A DNA stretch of 64,000 bases from Halobacteriovoraceae bacterium (lineage in GTDB: Bacteria; Bdellovibrionota; Bacteriovoracia; Bacteriovoracales; Bacteriovoracaceae). The stretch spans positions 1 through 64,000 of the forward strand of contig CAVRCF010000003.1 of the NCBI GenBank assembly GCA_963719505.1, written 5' to 3'. Shown here one piece after another: positions 49,748 to 58,142 of this stretch; the first letter of the stretch is position 1; every line of letters begins with the position of its first letter. The translations under genes were made by a program, and so were the position numbers. The notes under the pieces are model-generated. The model made no database searches. It had not been told where the DNA came from and saw only the letters and a list, made by a program, of their open reading frames with translations.

Positions 49748-49972
49748 ATGTCTAAACTTTTAACAGTTGTTGCCCTTATTAGCAGTATTTCCTATACATC
49801 TTTGGCCTTCGGATTTGACCATATTTTGCCAGGACAGTTATCGACAAAGGGCTTAGTCAGAATGAGTCTTTGGTATGAAGGAGTTGATTCTCAGGCTGAA
49901 GCAACAGAAAATCAGGAGCTTAAGGGGCATAAAATCTCTGAAGAGCTTGATAGAGCCCTCTCGGATCTCTAA
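49748..49972 (+). CDS. Small secreted hypothetical protein
   Basis: AAGGA RBS before ATG 49748; signal peptide ending SLA. Confidence 0.6.
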   Translation: MSKLLTVVALISSISYTSLAFGFDHILPGQLSTKGLVRMSLWYEGVDSQAEATENQELKGHKISEELDRALSDL

Positions 49973-49991
49973 ACAAAAAAAAGTATGACTT

Positions 49992-50020
49992 TGATACTAT
50001 ATCGTACTATTATAGTATCA
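49992..50020. promoter_or_regulatory. Inverted-repeat operator at the MarR gene start
   Basis: TGATACTATA-N9-TATAGTATCA perfect 10-bp inverted repeat reaching the ATG. Confidence 0.6.
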
Positions 50021-50478
50021 TGAAGAAGATTTCAATTATTGGAAGCCTATTAAAAAAAATCTACAGAAAGTTCAATTCAGATCTTCTTGAAGCCCTTCAA
50101 GCTAAGGGTTTTCTTGACCTAAGACCAAGCTTTTTAGAAATTCTCTTATTCGTCTGTGACGTTGATGCGCCATCGATTAAAGAGATTGGTTTTGCCTGTG
50201 GCCTAAAAAAACAAACCATGACAAGTCATCTCAATGAGTTGGAAAAAAGAGGGTATATTACTCGTCAACCAAGTCTTAGTGATAAAAGAGAGCTCAACGT
50301 TTACCTTACAGAGTATGGTCAAAAATTTAAGGTTATTTTGTTAGAAGTTATTACGGATTTGGAACAGAACTATCTCAATTCGATCGGAGAGGTGGAATTA
50401 GAGCGGATTGCTCATACACTCGATAATTTTCATACTAAAATTTATTCCCACGATTTGGAACAACAGACACTTATTTAA
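50020..50478 (+). CDS. MarR family transcriptional regulator
   Basis: wHTH pattern LNELEKRGYITR...DKR...LTEYG. Confidence 0.9.
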   Translation: MKKISIIGSLLKKIYRKFNSDLLEALQAKGFLDLRPSFLEILLFVCDVDAPSIKEIGFACGLKKQTMTSHLNELEKRGYITRQPSLSDKRELNVYLTEYGQKFKVILLEVITDLEQNYLNSIGEVELERIAHTLDNFHTKIYSHDLEQQTLI

Positions 50479-50999
50479 GCAACTTCTTTAAGAACAGTTT
50501 TTTGAACTTTCGATTCTGGCCAATACTTATACCCACCTGAGACATTGTTAACATTATAGAATCCCAAATGATTTAAAAGCTCACAAGCAAGTATTGAACT
50601 TACGCCATCTTCGCTTATGACGAGAATTGGAGTCGCTTTGTTGATGATCTCACTATATCTAAAATTGAGTTCATCAAAAGGGATGTGAAGAGCTTCTTCT
50701 ATTTGTGTCGAGGGTTGAAAACCTTCAGCGCTAACATCTAAAACAATAAATTGTGAGTCCTGCTTTTGAAAAAACTTATAAGCAGATTCAGGAGACATAT
50801 CATTATACTTTCTACCGTTGAGAATATAATCGTCTGATAGCTTTTCACCATTTTTAACACGCAAAAGATGGCATCTTTCAATTTCTTGATAGGTCTCAAG
50901 TTTTTGATTGAGTTGAATAATTTGCTGTTGTAAATCCACCACCGTATTGGAGAGATTGTTAATAGCATAAAAGACATTTTTCTGTAGTTTTGTTTTCAT
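50475..50999 (-). CDS. Rhodanese-like domain protein with N-terminal coiled coil
   Basis: IVLDV, ALHIP and NVSGGYKYW motifs; the usual active-site Cys appears replaced (VISEDG); ATG 50999 lies downstream of the sigma-28 promoter. Confidence 0.75.
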   Translation of the reverse strand: MKTKLQKNVFYAINNLSNTVVDLQQQIIQLNQKLETYQEIERCHLLRVKNGEKLSDDYILNGRKYNDMSPESAYKFFQKQDSQFIVLDVSAEGFQPSTQIEEALHIPFDELNFRYSEIINKATPILVISEDGVSSILACELLNHLGFYNVNNVSGGYKYWPESKVQKTVLKEVA

Positions 51000-51007
51000 C
51001 ACCTTCT

Positions 51008-51035
51008 TTATCGGCGAAAAAATCAAAGAGCTTTA
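51008..51035 (-). promoter_or_regulatory. Sigma-28 (FliA)-type promoter
   Basis: Minus strand TAAA-N16-GCCGATAA. Confidence 0.7.
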
Positions 51036-51038
51036 GTC

Positions 51039-51926
51039 CTAAAAGAAAGGATAAATAGTACCAAAGTGAATTTGTCCGATAATGATTGAAGCCAAAAAGG
51101 CACAGGTCAGGAAGAGGGCTCCCTCGTATATACCCTGTCCAGTGTGAAGAGCATCATTATCTTCGGTTGTATGAATAGGGTTGATTTTAAAGATATATCC
51201 GATACCAAATCTAAATATTGGTAAGATCAAAGCTCCTAAAAGAACTTTTAAGATGACTTGGATGCAGTATGAGGTGATATCGTGGTGCTCATGAGAGAAA
51301 GCTGCACTAATAAGGACGGTATTTCCCATAAGAAAGCCACTGTAGGAGACGGCCAATCCAATATTTTTCTGAATCATAAGACTATTAAAGGTGAGGCTTG
51401 AGGCGTACTTGTAAAGTTTAGTGGCAAACCCAAAAATGACGAGGGCGAAGAGCCACAGGATCATGAGAATAACCAAAGAAGTCTCCGACTCTTTAAAAAT
51501 AGTTCGAATGATATAGGCCAGACAAATTGATAGAGTGAAACTCACAATACCGTAGGCCATATTCTTTTTCTTCAGCACTTCAGTTTTATACTCGAAATTA
51601 TAAAGAATAATACTTTCCATAATCCAAATGGATAAAAGATAAAGGACAAAACCTATAATCCCCCACACAAAAAAGTGGAAAGAGCTTATAAAGACTCCAA
51701 TATACTCGTTGAATTCAAGTGTTGAAAAAATTAGGGAGACTCCAATAAGTCTTGAAAAAATATGCAGAGTATCTACTGGATTCTCAGAAGGGTAAATCTT
51801 TTTCAAGATTTGCTTTTTCTTCGATGGATAAAATATCGTATGAGCGTACTTATATAAAAAGAGGGCTATACAGATAAAGCATGTAAAAAGGATTCTAATT
51901 AATAGTTTATCAAAAATTTCATTCAT
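51039..51926 (-). CDS. DUF350-like polytopic membrane protein
   Basis: Repeated units with KKNMAYGIV and QKNIGLAV, matching the DUF350 N-x-A/G-x-G/A pattern. Confidence 0.65.
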   Translation of the reverse strand: MNEIFDKLLIRILFTCFICIALFLYKYAHTIFYPSKKKQILKKIYPSENPVDTLHIFSRLIGVSLIFSTLEFNEYIGVFISSFHFFVWGIIGFVLYLLSIWIMESIILYNFEYKTEVLKKKNMAYGIVSFTLSICLAYIIRTIFKESETSLVILMILWLFALVIFGFATKLYKYASSLTFNSLMIQKNIGLAVSYSGFLMGNTVLISAAFSHEHHDITSYCIQVILKVLLGALILPIFRFGIGYIFKINPIHTTEDNDALHTGQGIYEGALFLTCAFLASIIIGQIHFGTIYPFF

Positions 51927-51938
51927 CTTTTATTTCCT

Positions 51939-52607
51939 TTAGAAGTTTCTTTTTAGGTAGTCTTTAAAGAAACCTTTAAAATCTATTTTACGTTCTTTGT
52001 TTCGCTGAAAGTATTGAGGATAGTATTTTTTTGTTAGTTCGTTTTCAAAGCCAAACTCATCGTTAAAACCATAAAAAGGTTTATTATTATTTTCTCTGAC
52101 TAAAGCCTCTTGGTAGAAGCTGTATGTCGGAGTAAATTCGCCCCAACCTAAATAACTTGGCAGGTGTCTGTAAACTCTATAGAACTTCCACACTTTGTCC
52201 TTGTCTTGATTCTTTCTCCAAGATCCAAAGTTTCGATCACCAATAAAAATTGTTCCAGGGGGCAGAGGAGTGTCAGTAATTCTTTCATCTTGGTATCGCC
52301 TAAAAATAGAAAGACCAATATTCTTTTGATTTTTATCGTTAAATTGACCAGAGACTCTCGCTATAATTTCTTCATATGATTGAAAGCCATAAACGACTTT
52401 GTATTTGTGATAGTAGGTCTTAATAATAAAACCAGTCGAGTGAATATCCGTGAGGATCACAGAAGCCGGTCCCGCTCCGATAAGCTTAGATAGAGACTCA
52501 GTGTTGTGAACATAATTGACACCGTATTCAGAAGGAGAAAGACTCTTGGATAAACCTAAGTAGACTAAAAGTAAAAGGATGTAGATTACAACATTATTTA
52601 ATTTCAT
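51939..52607 (-). CDS. Membrane-anchored hypothetical protein
   Basis: N-terminal TM and an aromatic-rich PPGTIFIGDRNFGSW...WKFY motif. Confidence 0.75.
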   Translation of the reverse strand: MKLNNVVIYILLLLVYLGLSKSLSPSEYGVNYVHNTESLSKLIGAGPASVILTDIHSTGFIIKTYYHKYKVVYGFQSYEEIIARVSGQFNDKNQKNIGLSIFRRYQDERITDTPLPPGTIFIGDRNFGSWRKNQDKDKVWKFYRVYRHLPSYLGWGEFTPTYSFYQEALVRENNNKPFYGFNDEFGFENELTKKYYPQYFQRNKERKIDFKGFFKDYLKRNF

Positions 52608-52608
52608 T

Positions 52609-53907
52609 TTAGGATTGAACGATCTTTAGAATATTCTTCTTATGAAGGGAACTGAGATCACCAAATTCACAGTGAATTCTATCGACTGAATGAGAGTGAC
52701 TAAACTTTTCAAACAGAGAAGTTGCCTTGTGAATATCTTGAATAAAAAGTTGTTCTGAAAAAATACCAGATTCTCTCACAACTTTAAGGGGATATTTATT
52801 GGATTCCGTATCCGCACCATTGTAATACTTGGATAGACGTCCACTAGATGAGCATTTAATAAAATCAATCCCTTGTTCTGTGAGATAATTCTCTAACTGA
52901 GACAATTGATCTTTTTGTGAAATGCCAAAGGTTTCAAATATCTTTTGAGGGATATGATTTCTCACTATTTTTTGGGCCCATTCATTTTTTGAATTTCTCA
53001 AGGTTTTCATCAAGCGATGATCGTCGTGTTCAAGGTACTTTTCAATATCTGCTGGTATGGAATATTCCTCTGGAGCGTGAGTAAAATATCGCTTGAGCAT
53101 CTTCTCTAAACATACTGACTTATAGTGGAAGTAGACCATTAAGAACATATGAAAACGACAAAGTAAAAAGTCATCAAAAGTTGCAACGGCCCTTTCACTT
53201 ATTCCAAGAAACGCTTGGTCTTTGATGATAGCGATTCTGAGGTTATCGATGATCCAATCGAGATCAAATTTTCCATAGCTGACACCACAAAAATAGCTAT
53301 CTCTAAGAAGGTAGTCCATTCTGTCGCAGTCCATCTCACTTGAGACGAGCTGATGCATAAGAGGGAAATAGTTAATACCTTGCAAGGTGAAGTACTCAGG
53401 ATTTGTTGTTTCTCCTACAATAAGCTCTGCAATATTTTGGGGATTAACACCAAACTCTTCAATCACACCTGCAAAAGCTTCTGTAAAGGATGAATCAATA
53501 ATAGATTTTATAGTATAGTCTTCATGGGTTGCTTGAGCTTGTGGGTTTCCAATAAAACTTTTTGGAAGGTGAAGCTCCTTGACTGAAGGCATGACAAACT
53601 CTGTTGTGTGACTCAAAGGAGCGTGTCCGATATCGTGAAGAAGACAACCAAGACGAACGGTCTCTTTGAGTTTCGCAAGTTCTGGTGTTTTATCGTGGTC
53701 TCTGAATAATCCATCAAAAACCTTGCTGGCGATATCCATCACTCCAAGAGAGTGAAGATAACGGGTATGTGTGGCTCCAGGGAAAACAAATTCCGAGAAA
53801 CCTAGTTGTTTTATATTTCTTAAGCGCTGAAAGAATGGATGCTCTAAAATTTCTATTTCAGAATCTTGAACTTTAATAGATCCGTGTACTGGGTCTCTTA
53901 CTTCCAC
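52609..53907 (-). CDS. HD-domain phosphohydrolase (SAMHD1/YwfO-like dNTPase family)
   Basis: RDPVHG, FQRLRNIKQLG, HTRYLHSLG, LLHDIGHAPLSH and DCDRMDYLLRD motifs. Confidence 0.9.
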   Translation of the reverse strand: MEVRDPVHGSIKVQDSEIEILEHPFFQRLRNIKQLGFSEFVFPGATHTRYLHSLGVMDIASKVFDGLFRDHDKTPELAKLKETVRLGCLLHDIGHAPLSHTTEFVMPSVKELHLPKSFIGNPQAQATHEDYTIKSIIDSSFTEAFAGVIEEFGVNPQNIAELIVGETTNPEYFTLQGINYFPLMHQLVSSEMDCDRMDYLLRDSYFCGVSYGKFDLDWIIDNLRIAIIKDQAFLGISERAVATFDDFLLCRFHMFLMVYFHYKSVCLEKMLKRYFTHAPEEYSIPADIEKYLEHDDHRLMKTLRNSKNEWAQKIVRNHIPQKIFETFGISQKDQLSQLENYLTEQGIDFIKCSSSGRLSKYYNGADTESNKYPLKVVRESGIFSEQLFIQDIHKATSLFEKFSHSHSVDRIHCEFGDLSSLHKKNILKIVQS

Positions 53908-53910
53908 GGC

Positions 53911-54162
53911 TTAGCCTTTTATCTTTTGAGCGTTTTGTTCTAACCAGGCAACGATATCACTTGATTCAAACATAGGTTTATCATCAATATAGAGGCATGG
54001 TGTCGTTGAGCGACCCGTTGTTTTTTGATGAAACTTTAAAGCGTCTGAGTCTTCATGAATGTTTTTAAAGTCGATATGATCTTTCAAACCGAGAGATTCA
54101 ATCTTTCTTAAAACCATTTGGCAAAAGGGACACTGAGTAAAATAATAAAGTTCTAATTTCAT
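53911..54162 (-). CDS. Glutaredoxin
   Basis: CPFC active site, TTPCL and ESSDI; ATG 54162 preferred because the upstream TTG lies in a terminator. Confidence 0.88.
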   Translation of the reverse strand: MKLELYYFTQCPFCQMVLRKIESLGLKDHIDFKNIHEDSDALKFHQKTTGRSTTPCLYIDDKPMFESSDIVAWLEQNAQKIKG

Positions 54163-54175
54163 AGGGGTTTTATAC

Positions 54176-54202
54176 AAAAAAAAGTGGCCATCTGGCCACT
54201 TT
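54176..54202 (-). terminator. Rho-independent terminator after the H1-like gene
   Basis: AAAGTGGCCA-TC-TGGCCACTTT with a T run on the minus strand. Confidence 0.85.
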
Positions 54203-54241
54203 AAATCAATTTATGTTGCAGTGTGTAGTTCTTTGTACAAG

Positions 54242-55057
54242 CTAATTTTTATCGATATCAAAACCAACTGGTTTACCGCTATGGGCATACTCAGCATCTT
54301 CATCAAAAATTTCATCTTCGTCTTCAATATCTTCTGGAGAGTCTAATCCCTCGTTGTAGCTCCAACCATAACCAAATGCATTTGATTCAGTTTCATCGTC
54401 TGAGTTGTATTCATCAGAGAGAAGCTTCTCACTATCGTTTGCGATAGGGGCTTGGGCAACAGGATTCTTCTTTGGAACATCAGAAACTGGAGCTTCTAAG
54501 GAGTCCATAGCAATATCGTCATCGTCCAACATATCATCTTGAATCAGATCTATATCTTTTGAAATGACGGGAGCCAGTTTTTCAACTTTTGGCTGCGGTT
54601 TTTCAACTTTTGCTTTTACTTTCTTTACAGCTTTCTCAACCACTTTGGTTGCTTTCTTAGCAACTTTCTTTGCTTTTTTCGTTACTTTCTTAGCCGCTTT
54701 TTTTGCAACTTTTTTCTTTGTGGCTTTCTTAGTAACTTTTTTAGCTACTTTCTTCGTTTTCTTTGCGACTTTCTTCGCTTTCTTAACAGCTTTTTTTACA
54801 ACTTTTTTCTTGGTGGCTTTCTTTGCTACTTTTTTAGCTTTTTTCGCAACCTTCTTGGCAACTTTTTTAACTTTCTTTGCTGTCTTTTTCACTGCTTTTT
54901 TAGCAACTTTTTTCGCCGTCTTTTTCTTCGTCGCTTTCTTTGCTTCTTTTTCAGCAGCTTTTTTAGCAACTTTTTTTGCTGGTTTCTTTGCTATCTTTTT
55001 TGCTGCTTTCTTCGCAGTCTTTTTCGTCGCTTTTTTTGCTGTTTTCTTTTTTGCCAC
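54242..55057 (-). CDS. Histone H1-like Lys/Ala-rich protein with acidic C-terminus
   Basis: KKVA/KKTA/KKAT repeats over about 150 aa, then an Asp/Glu-rich tail; GTG start with AAGGA RBS; own terminator. Confidence 0.85.
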   Translation of the reverse strand: MAKKKTAKKATKKTAKKAAKKIAKKPAKKVAKKAAEKEAKKATKKKTAKKVAKKAVKKTAKKVKKVAKKVAKKAKKVAKKATKKKVVKKAVKKAKKVAKKTKKVAKKVTKKATKKKVAKKAAKKVTKKAKKVAKKATKVVEKAVKKVKAKVEKPQPKVEKLAPVISKDIDLIQDDMLDDDDIAMDSLEAPVSDVPKKNPVAQAPIANDSEKLLSDEYNSDDETESNAFGYGWSYNEGLDSPEDIEDEDEIFDEDAEYAHSGKPVGFDIDKN

Positions 55058-55227
55058 TTTAAAATCCTTGTTAGTTAATTTAGACTAAAATTATATATTT
55101 CGTTTACCTAAAGTGTAAATGTTTGTCTTAATGTTTCAAGTCCCCAAGATCTAAACCTATACGTTGGAGATTGAGAGGATTAGCGAATTCCTTCTGCCCT
55201 GTCGCTCTTGCGGCACCTAGTGATGCC

Positions 55228-57843
55228 TCATTGCCCTTCAGAGTGAATGGGGATACCAGCACCGTTGGAGCTTTCTAGGAATGTTGGAGAACTCCCTGAT
55301 TGCAAGGATTTGAGGGTTACAAACTTAGAGGAATAAAAGTTTCGTTTCATATTTTGAGAGTCGGATCTCACAGCATTATTCCATATTCCACTTGCACTTG
55401 CGTCATTTTGCGGGCCAGGTCGATAAGCTGAAAAAATAATATCTTTTGTGTCATCTTTTATTGAGAGCGTCGTGTTGAAAAAATCATTGTCTATATTTGT
55501 CGAAAAATACTTCTTCATCATTCCTACTAGGTAGGAATCTTCTGGGTCAACTCCTGCGGGAACACAGCCGGTTGTATTGGCGAGAACCCCAAGGTCTAGT
55601 GCTCGATTGCCCAGGTAAAAGTAGGCGAACTTTCCTGCAATGCTGGCACAAGTTGGTTTCGCATCATCGCTTTGAGAAGCTGCTTGAGAGCTTAAGTAAC
55701 TCACATCAATATCTGAGATCAGTTTTGCAGCAGCTTCTCCAAGATTTCCTCCAGTTGCAGCAGAGCTATTTTCCAAGTAAATAGAAGAAGCCGCCGAATT
55801 CATCGACTTTATATATTTTTTCACGGCAAGTATCTGTTTACCAAGATAGTCATTTAGGACTCCTTCAACTTCATTGGCATTGCTAAGAAGAGCATTTGGA
55901 CCGTAAAGAGGAGCGTAGAGACTCATATTGTAGTAGCGAGTTCCATTGGGAAGAGACTGTGGATTTTCAGCAGCTCCAACGAGTCCGAATGAATCTAGTC
56001 CTAGGCTGCTATTCATCTCTTCTGGACTTGGAATGAGATAGTTATTGGCATCCCATTTTGTAGGTGCTCTAACGCTAAGAAAAGCATCGCCAATTTGCCC
56101 AACGGAGGGACTCGTTGATGCGAGATTGGCTTTAAACTTCCTAAACATCGCTGCATTATAAAGCCCTGACTTTAATTCCTGGGCAGGATTTGAAGGGTCT
56201 AGAACGGTTATATTTTCGTCGTCAAAGTATCCACCTTCATCCGGAGATCCGTTAGGGTAGTCATAGATTAAATTGGGAACAGCAAAGACTATTTTAGATT
56301 CATCATCAAGCCAACCACCAACGGCTGCGTCTTGAGCTGATTGCCAAAAGGCAGATCCTGTTGGATCAACTGGAAGAGGAGCTCCAGGTGCGTATTGTCC
56401 TGGAGCAAGTGTTTGGCCTTTTCTATCGACAAAGCTTGTCGATTTCATTCCAGTTAAAAAGGCGCTTGAGATTTTTTTTACAGCACCACCGGAGGTGACT
56501 CTTGGCCTAACCGCTGAGCTGTCAGACATATCGAAAAGCATCGGACCCACTCTTCCTCCAAATGGTTTTGCTGCGGCATAGGCTGAAATCATGATGCCAC
56601 CGTCATCATCAAAAGGATTGAACATACCGATGAACTTAGCCTTGCCCTCAACGGCATAATAAGTCAGAACATTTGGGTTTTTGACAAAGCCAAGTGGGTA
56701 GCCTGGAATAGGAAGACCAGTCTTGGTAGAGGCACAGGCTGCTTCAGTATCAATGGTTGAACCTTGAAAAGTGATATCGTCTTTTAAAGAAGTAAAGATC
56801 GTATAAAAAGTTGCAAGGTTTAGGGTCATTAGTTTTAAGTCGACATAGTATTTGTCTTGGAAGGTAGAGCTAGTCTGGGGAATGAGAAGATTAGATGTAG
56901 ACTGTAGACTTTCATCTTTATATGGCTGAGGTGGAAGTTCTCTTAGGGTAAAACTTCTTCTTAGTTCTTCAGATTCATCCCCTTCAGAGCCTCCTAAGTT
57001 TCTCACTCCAGAGAAAAAAGCCTTATTAATTCTCTCTTTCCCGGCCCTTCCTCCATCAATGACATTATTAATGGACTGTGAGCAAAAATCTGAATTGGAA
57101 TCATTTGGTTGAAGACACACTCCATCTAACTCTGGTGGCTCATTCATATGAGCTTCAAGACTTCTCATTCTAAGACCCAGTTCAAAGGCTCTTGGAAAAG
57201 CTCCTGAGGCTTCCGATCCAATCTCTGGAGCAAGTGTCTGCAGAGCATTCTTCTCGCTAGTTTGAACATTGTAAGCCCAAAGAGTAATGGTTAAAAAGTT
57301 GATTTGTGAACGAAGGGCACAGTCTTTATTTTTTTCACTTGTAAGAGTGTCGAGAATTGAGTTGGTTGTTTGATCTAAACTTCCAACGTTTATAGGCTTA
57401 AATCTAGGAAGTCCTGGAATGACATAGTTTTTACAAAGGGCCGTAACTCCCTGACCAGCGAAGTCGATACATCCACTAGGAACATTGTAGCGATCAGAAA
57501 CATTTGCGGCAGAGTTGTTGTAAGTTTGCATATTAAATTTGGTCGTATCCCCAGAAGGGTTTCCAGCGACATCATTAATATTGAGGTTTCCCAAAACATA
57601 ATATTTGAGCATCCACTCTTTATAGACGTTTCTCATTTCAAAATTTAAATGGGAGATATTTGTTAATTGTCTGGCCTGTACACTTGCTCCAGCAAAGGCT
57701 GCAGCATCGACCGCATTTTGAAGGTTAATTTTCACCTTCACAAAAATACCGATATTAATGACAAAAGCCAAAAAGGACATCAGCACAAACAACGTTGTGG
57801 CAAAAAACAAACTGATTTGTCCCTTTTGTTTCTTCGTATCCAT
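55228..57843 (-). CDS. Tad-domain (TadG-like) pilus-associated protein; C-terminus may be frameshifted
   Basis: Prepilin-like KGQISLFF followed by TM and LQNAVDAAAFAGA (Tad motif); large exported C-terminal region. Confidence 0.8.
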   Translation of the reverse strand: MDTKKQKGQISLFFATTLFVLMSFLAFVINIGIFVKVKINLQNAVDAAAFAGASVQARQLTNISHLNFEMRNVYKEWMLKYYVLGNLNINDVAGNPSGDTTKFNMQTYNNSAANVSDRYNVPSGCIDFAGQGVTALCKNYVIPGLPRFKPINVGSLDQTTNSILDTLTSEKNKDCALRSQINFLTITLWAYNVQTSEKNALQTLAPEIGSEASGAFPRAFELGLRMRSLEAHMNEPPELDGVCLQPNDSNSDFCSQSINNVIDGGRAGKERINKAFFSGVRNLGGSEGDESEELRRSFTLRELPPQPYKDESLQSTSNLLIPQTSSTFQDKYYVDLKLMTLNLATFYTIFTSLKDDITFQGSTIDTEAACASTKTGLPIPGYPLGFVKNPNVLTYYAVEGKAKFIGMFNPFDDDGGIMISAYAAAKPFGGRVGPMLFDMSDSSAVRPRVTSGGAVKKISSAFLTGMKSTSFVDRKGQTLAPGQYAPGAPLPVDPTGSAFWQSAQDAAVGGWLDDESKIVFAVPNLIYDYPNGSPDEGGYFDDENITVLDPSNPAQELKSGLYNAAMFRKFKANLASTSPSVGQIGDAFLSVRAPTKWDANNYLIPSPEEMNSSLGLDSFGLVGAAENPQSLPNGTRYYNMSLYAPLYGPNALLSNANEVEGVLNDYLGKQILAVKKYIKSMNSAASSIYLENSSAATGGNLGEAAAKLISDIDVSYLSSQAASQSDDAKPTCASIAGKFAYFYLGNRALDLGVLANTTGCVPAGVDPEDSYLVGMMKKYFSTNIDNDFFNTTLSIKDDTKDIIFSAYRPGPQNDASASGIWNNAVRSDSQNMKRNFYSSKFVTLKSLQSGSSPTFLESSNGAGIPIHSEGQ

Positions 57844-57964
57844 TGATCCTAGCTTTACTTAAACGTCTTTGGCCCCGGTAAAAATTTCCCCTGGGCGCGA
57901 TGTGTCACTACTTTGTAGATTTATCATTAGTATAGCTTAGTACTTTAGTATAAGTCACTGATTA

Positions 57965-58141
57965 ATGGAAGGAGTGTTTTGGTATGGAACTTGAAGTATA
58001 GAGGGTGTCTCGAAGGGTGCCGATCTTCGAGTGTAGTACGTAAACTGAACTCGGCGTACATTTCTCGTTCACGTCTGTTAAAATTTACTCTTCGTAAATT
58101 CACCCCTGGAGTATGGAGATACTCCAGAGGTCCTTTTTTTT
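57965..58141 (+). ncRNA. Candidate structured non-coding RNA (family unknown)
   Basis: Three hairpins inside a GGGTG/CACCC closing stem, followed by a + strand terminator with no credible + strand gene upstream. The 5' end is approximate. Confidence 0.45.
58106..58141 (+). terminator. Rho-independent terminator
   Basis: CTGGAGTAT-GGAG-ATACTCCAG followed by a T run at 58134-58141. Confidence 0.75.
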
Positions 58142-58142
58142 C

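Noticed and set aside
54564-55088. 174-aa Phe/Ala-rich + strand ORF resembling a membrane protein
   Set aside because: It is the antisense mirror of the Lys/Ala repeats of the H1-like gene; the RBS and terminator support the minus strand.
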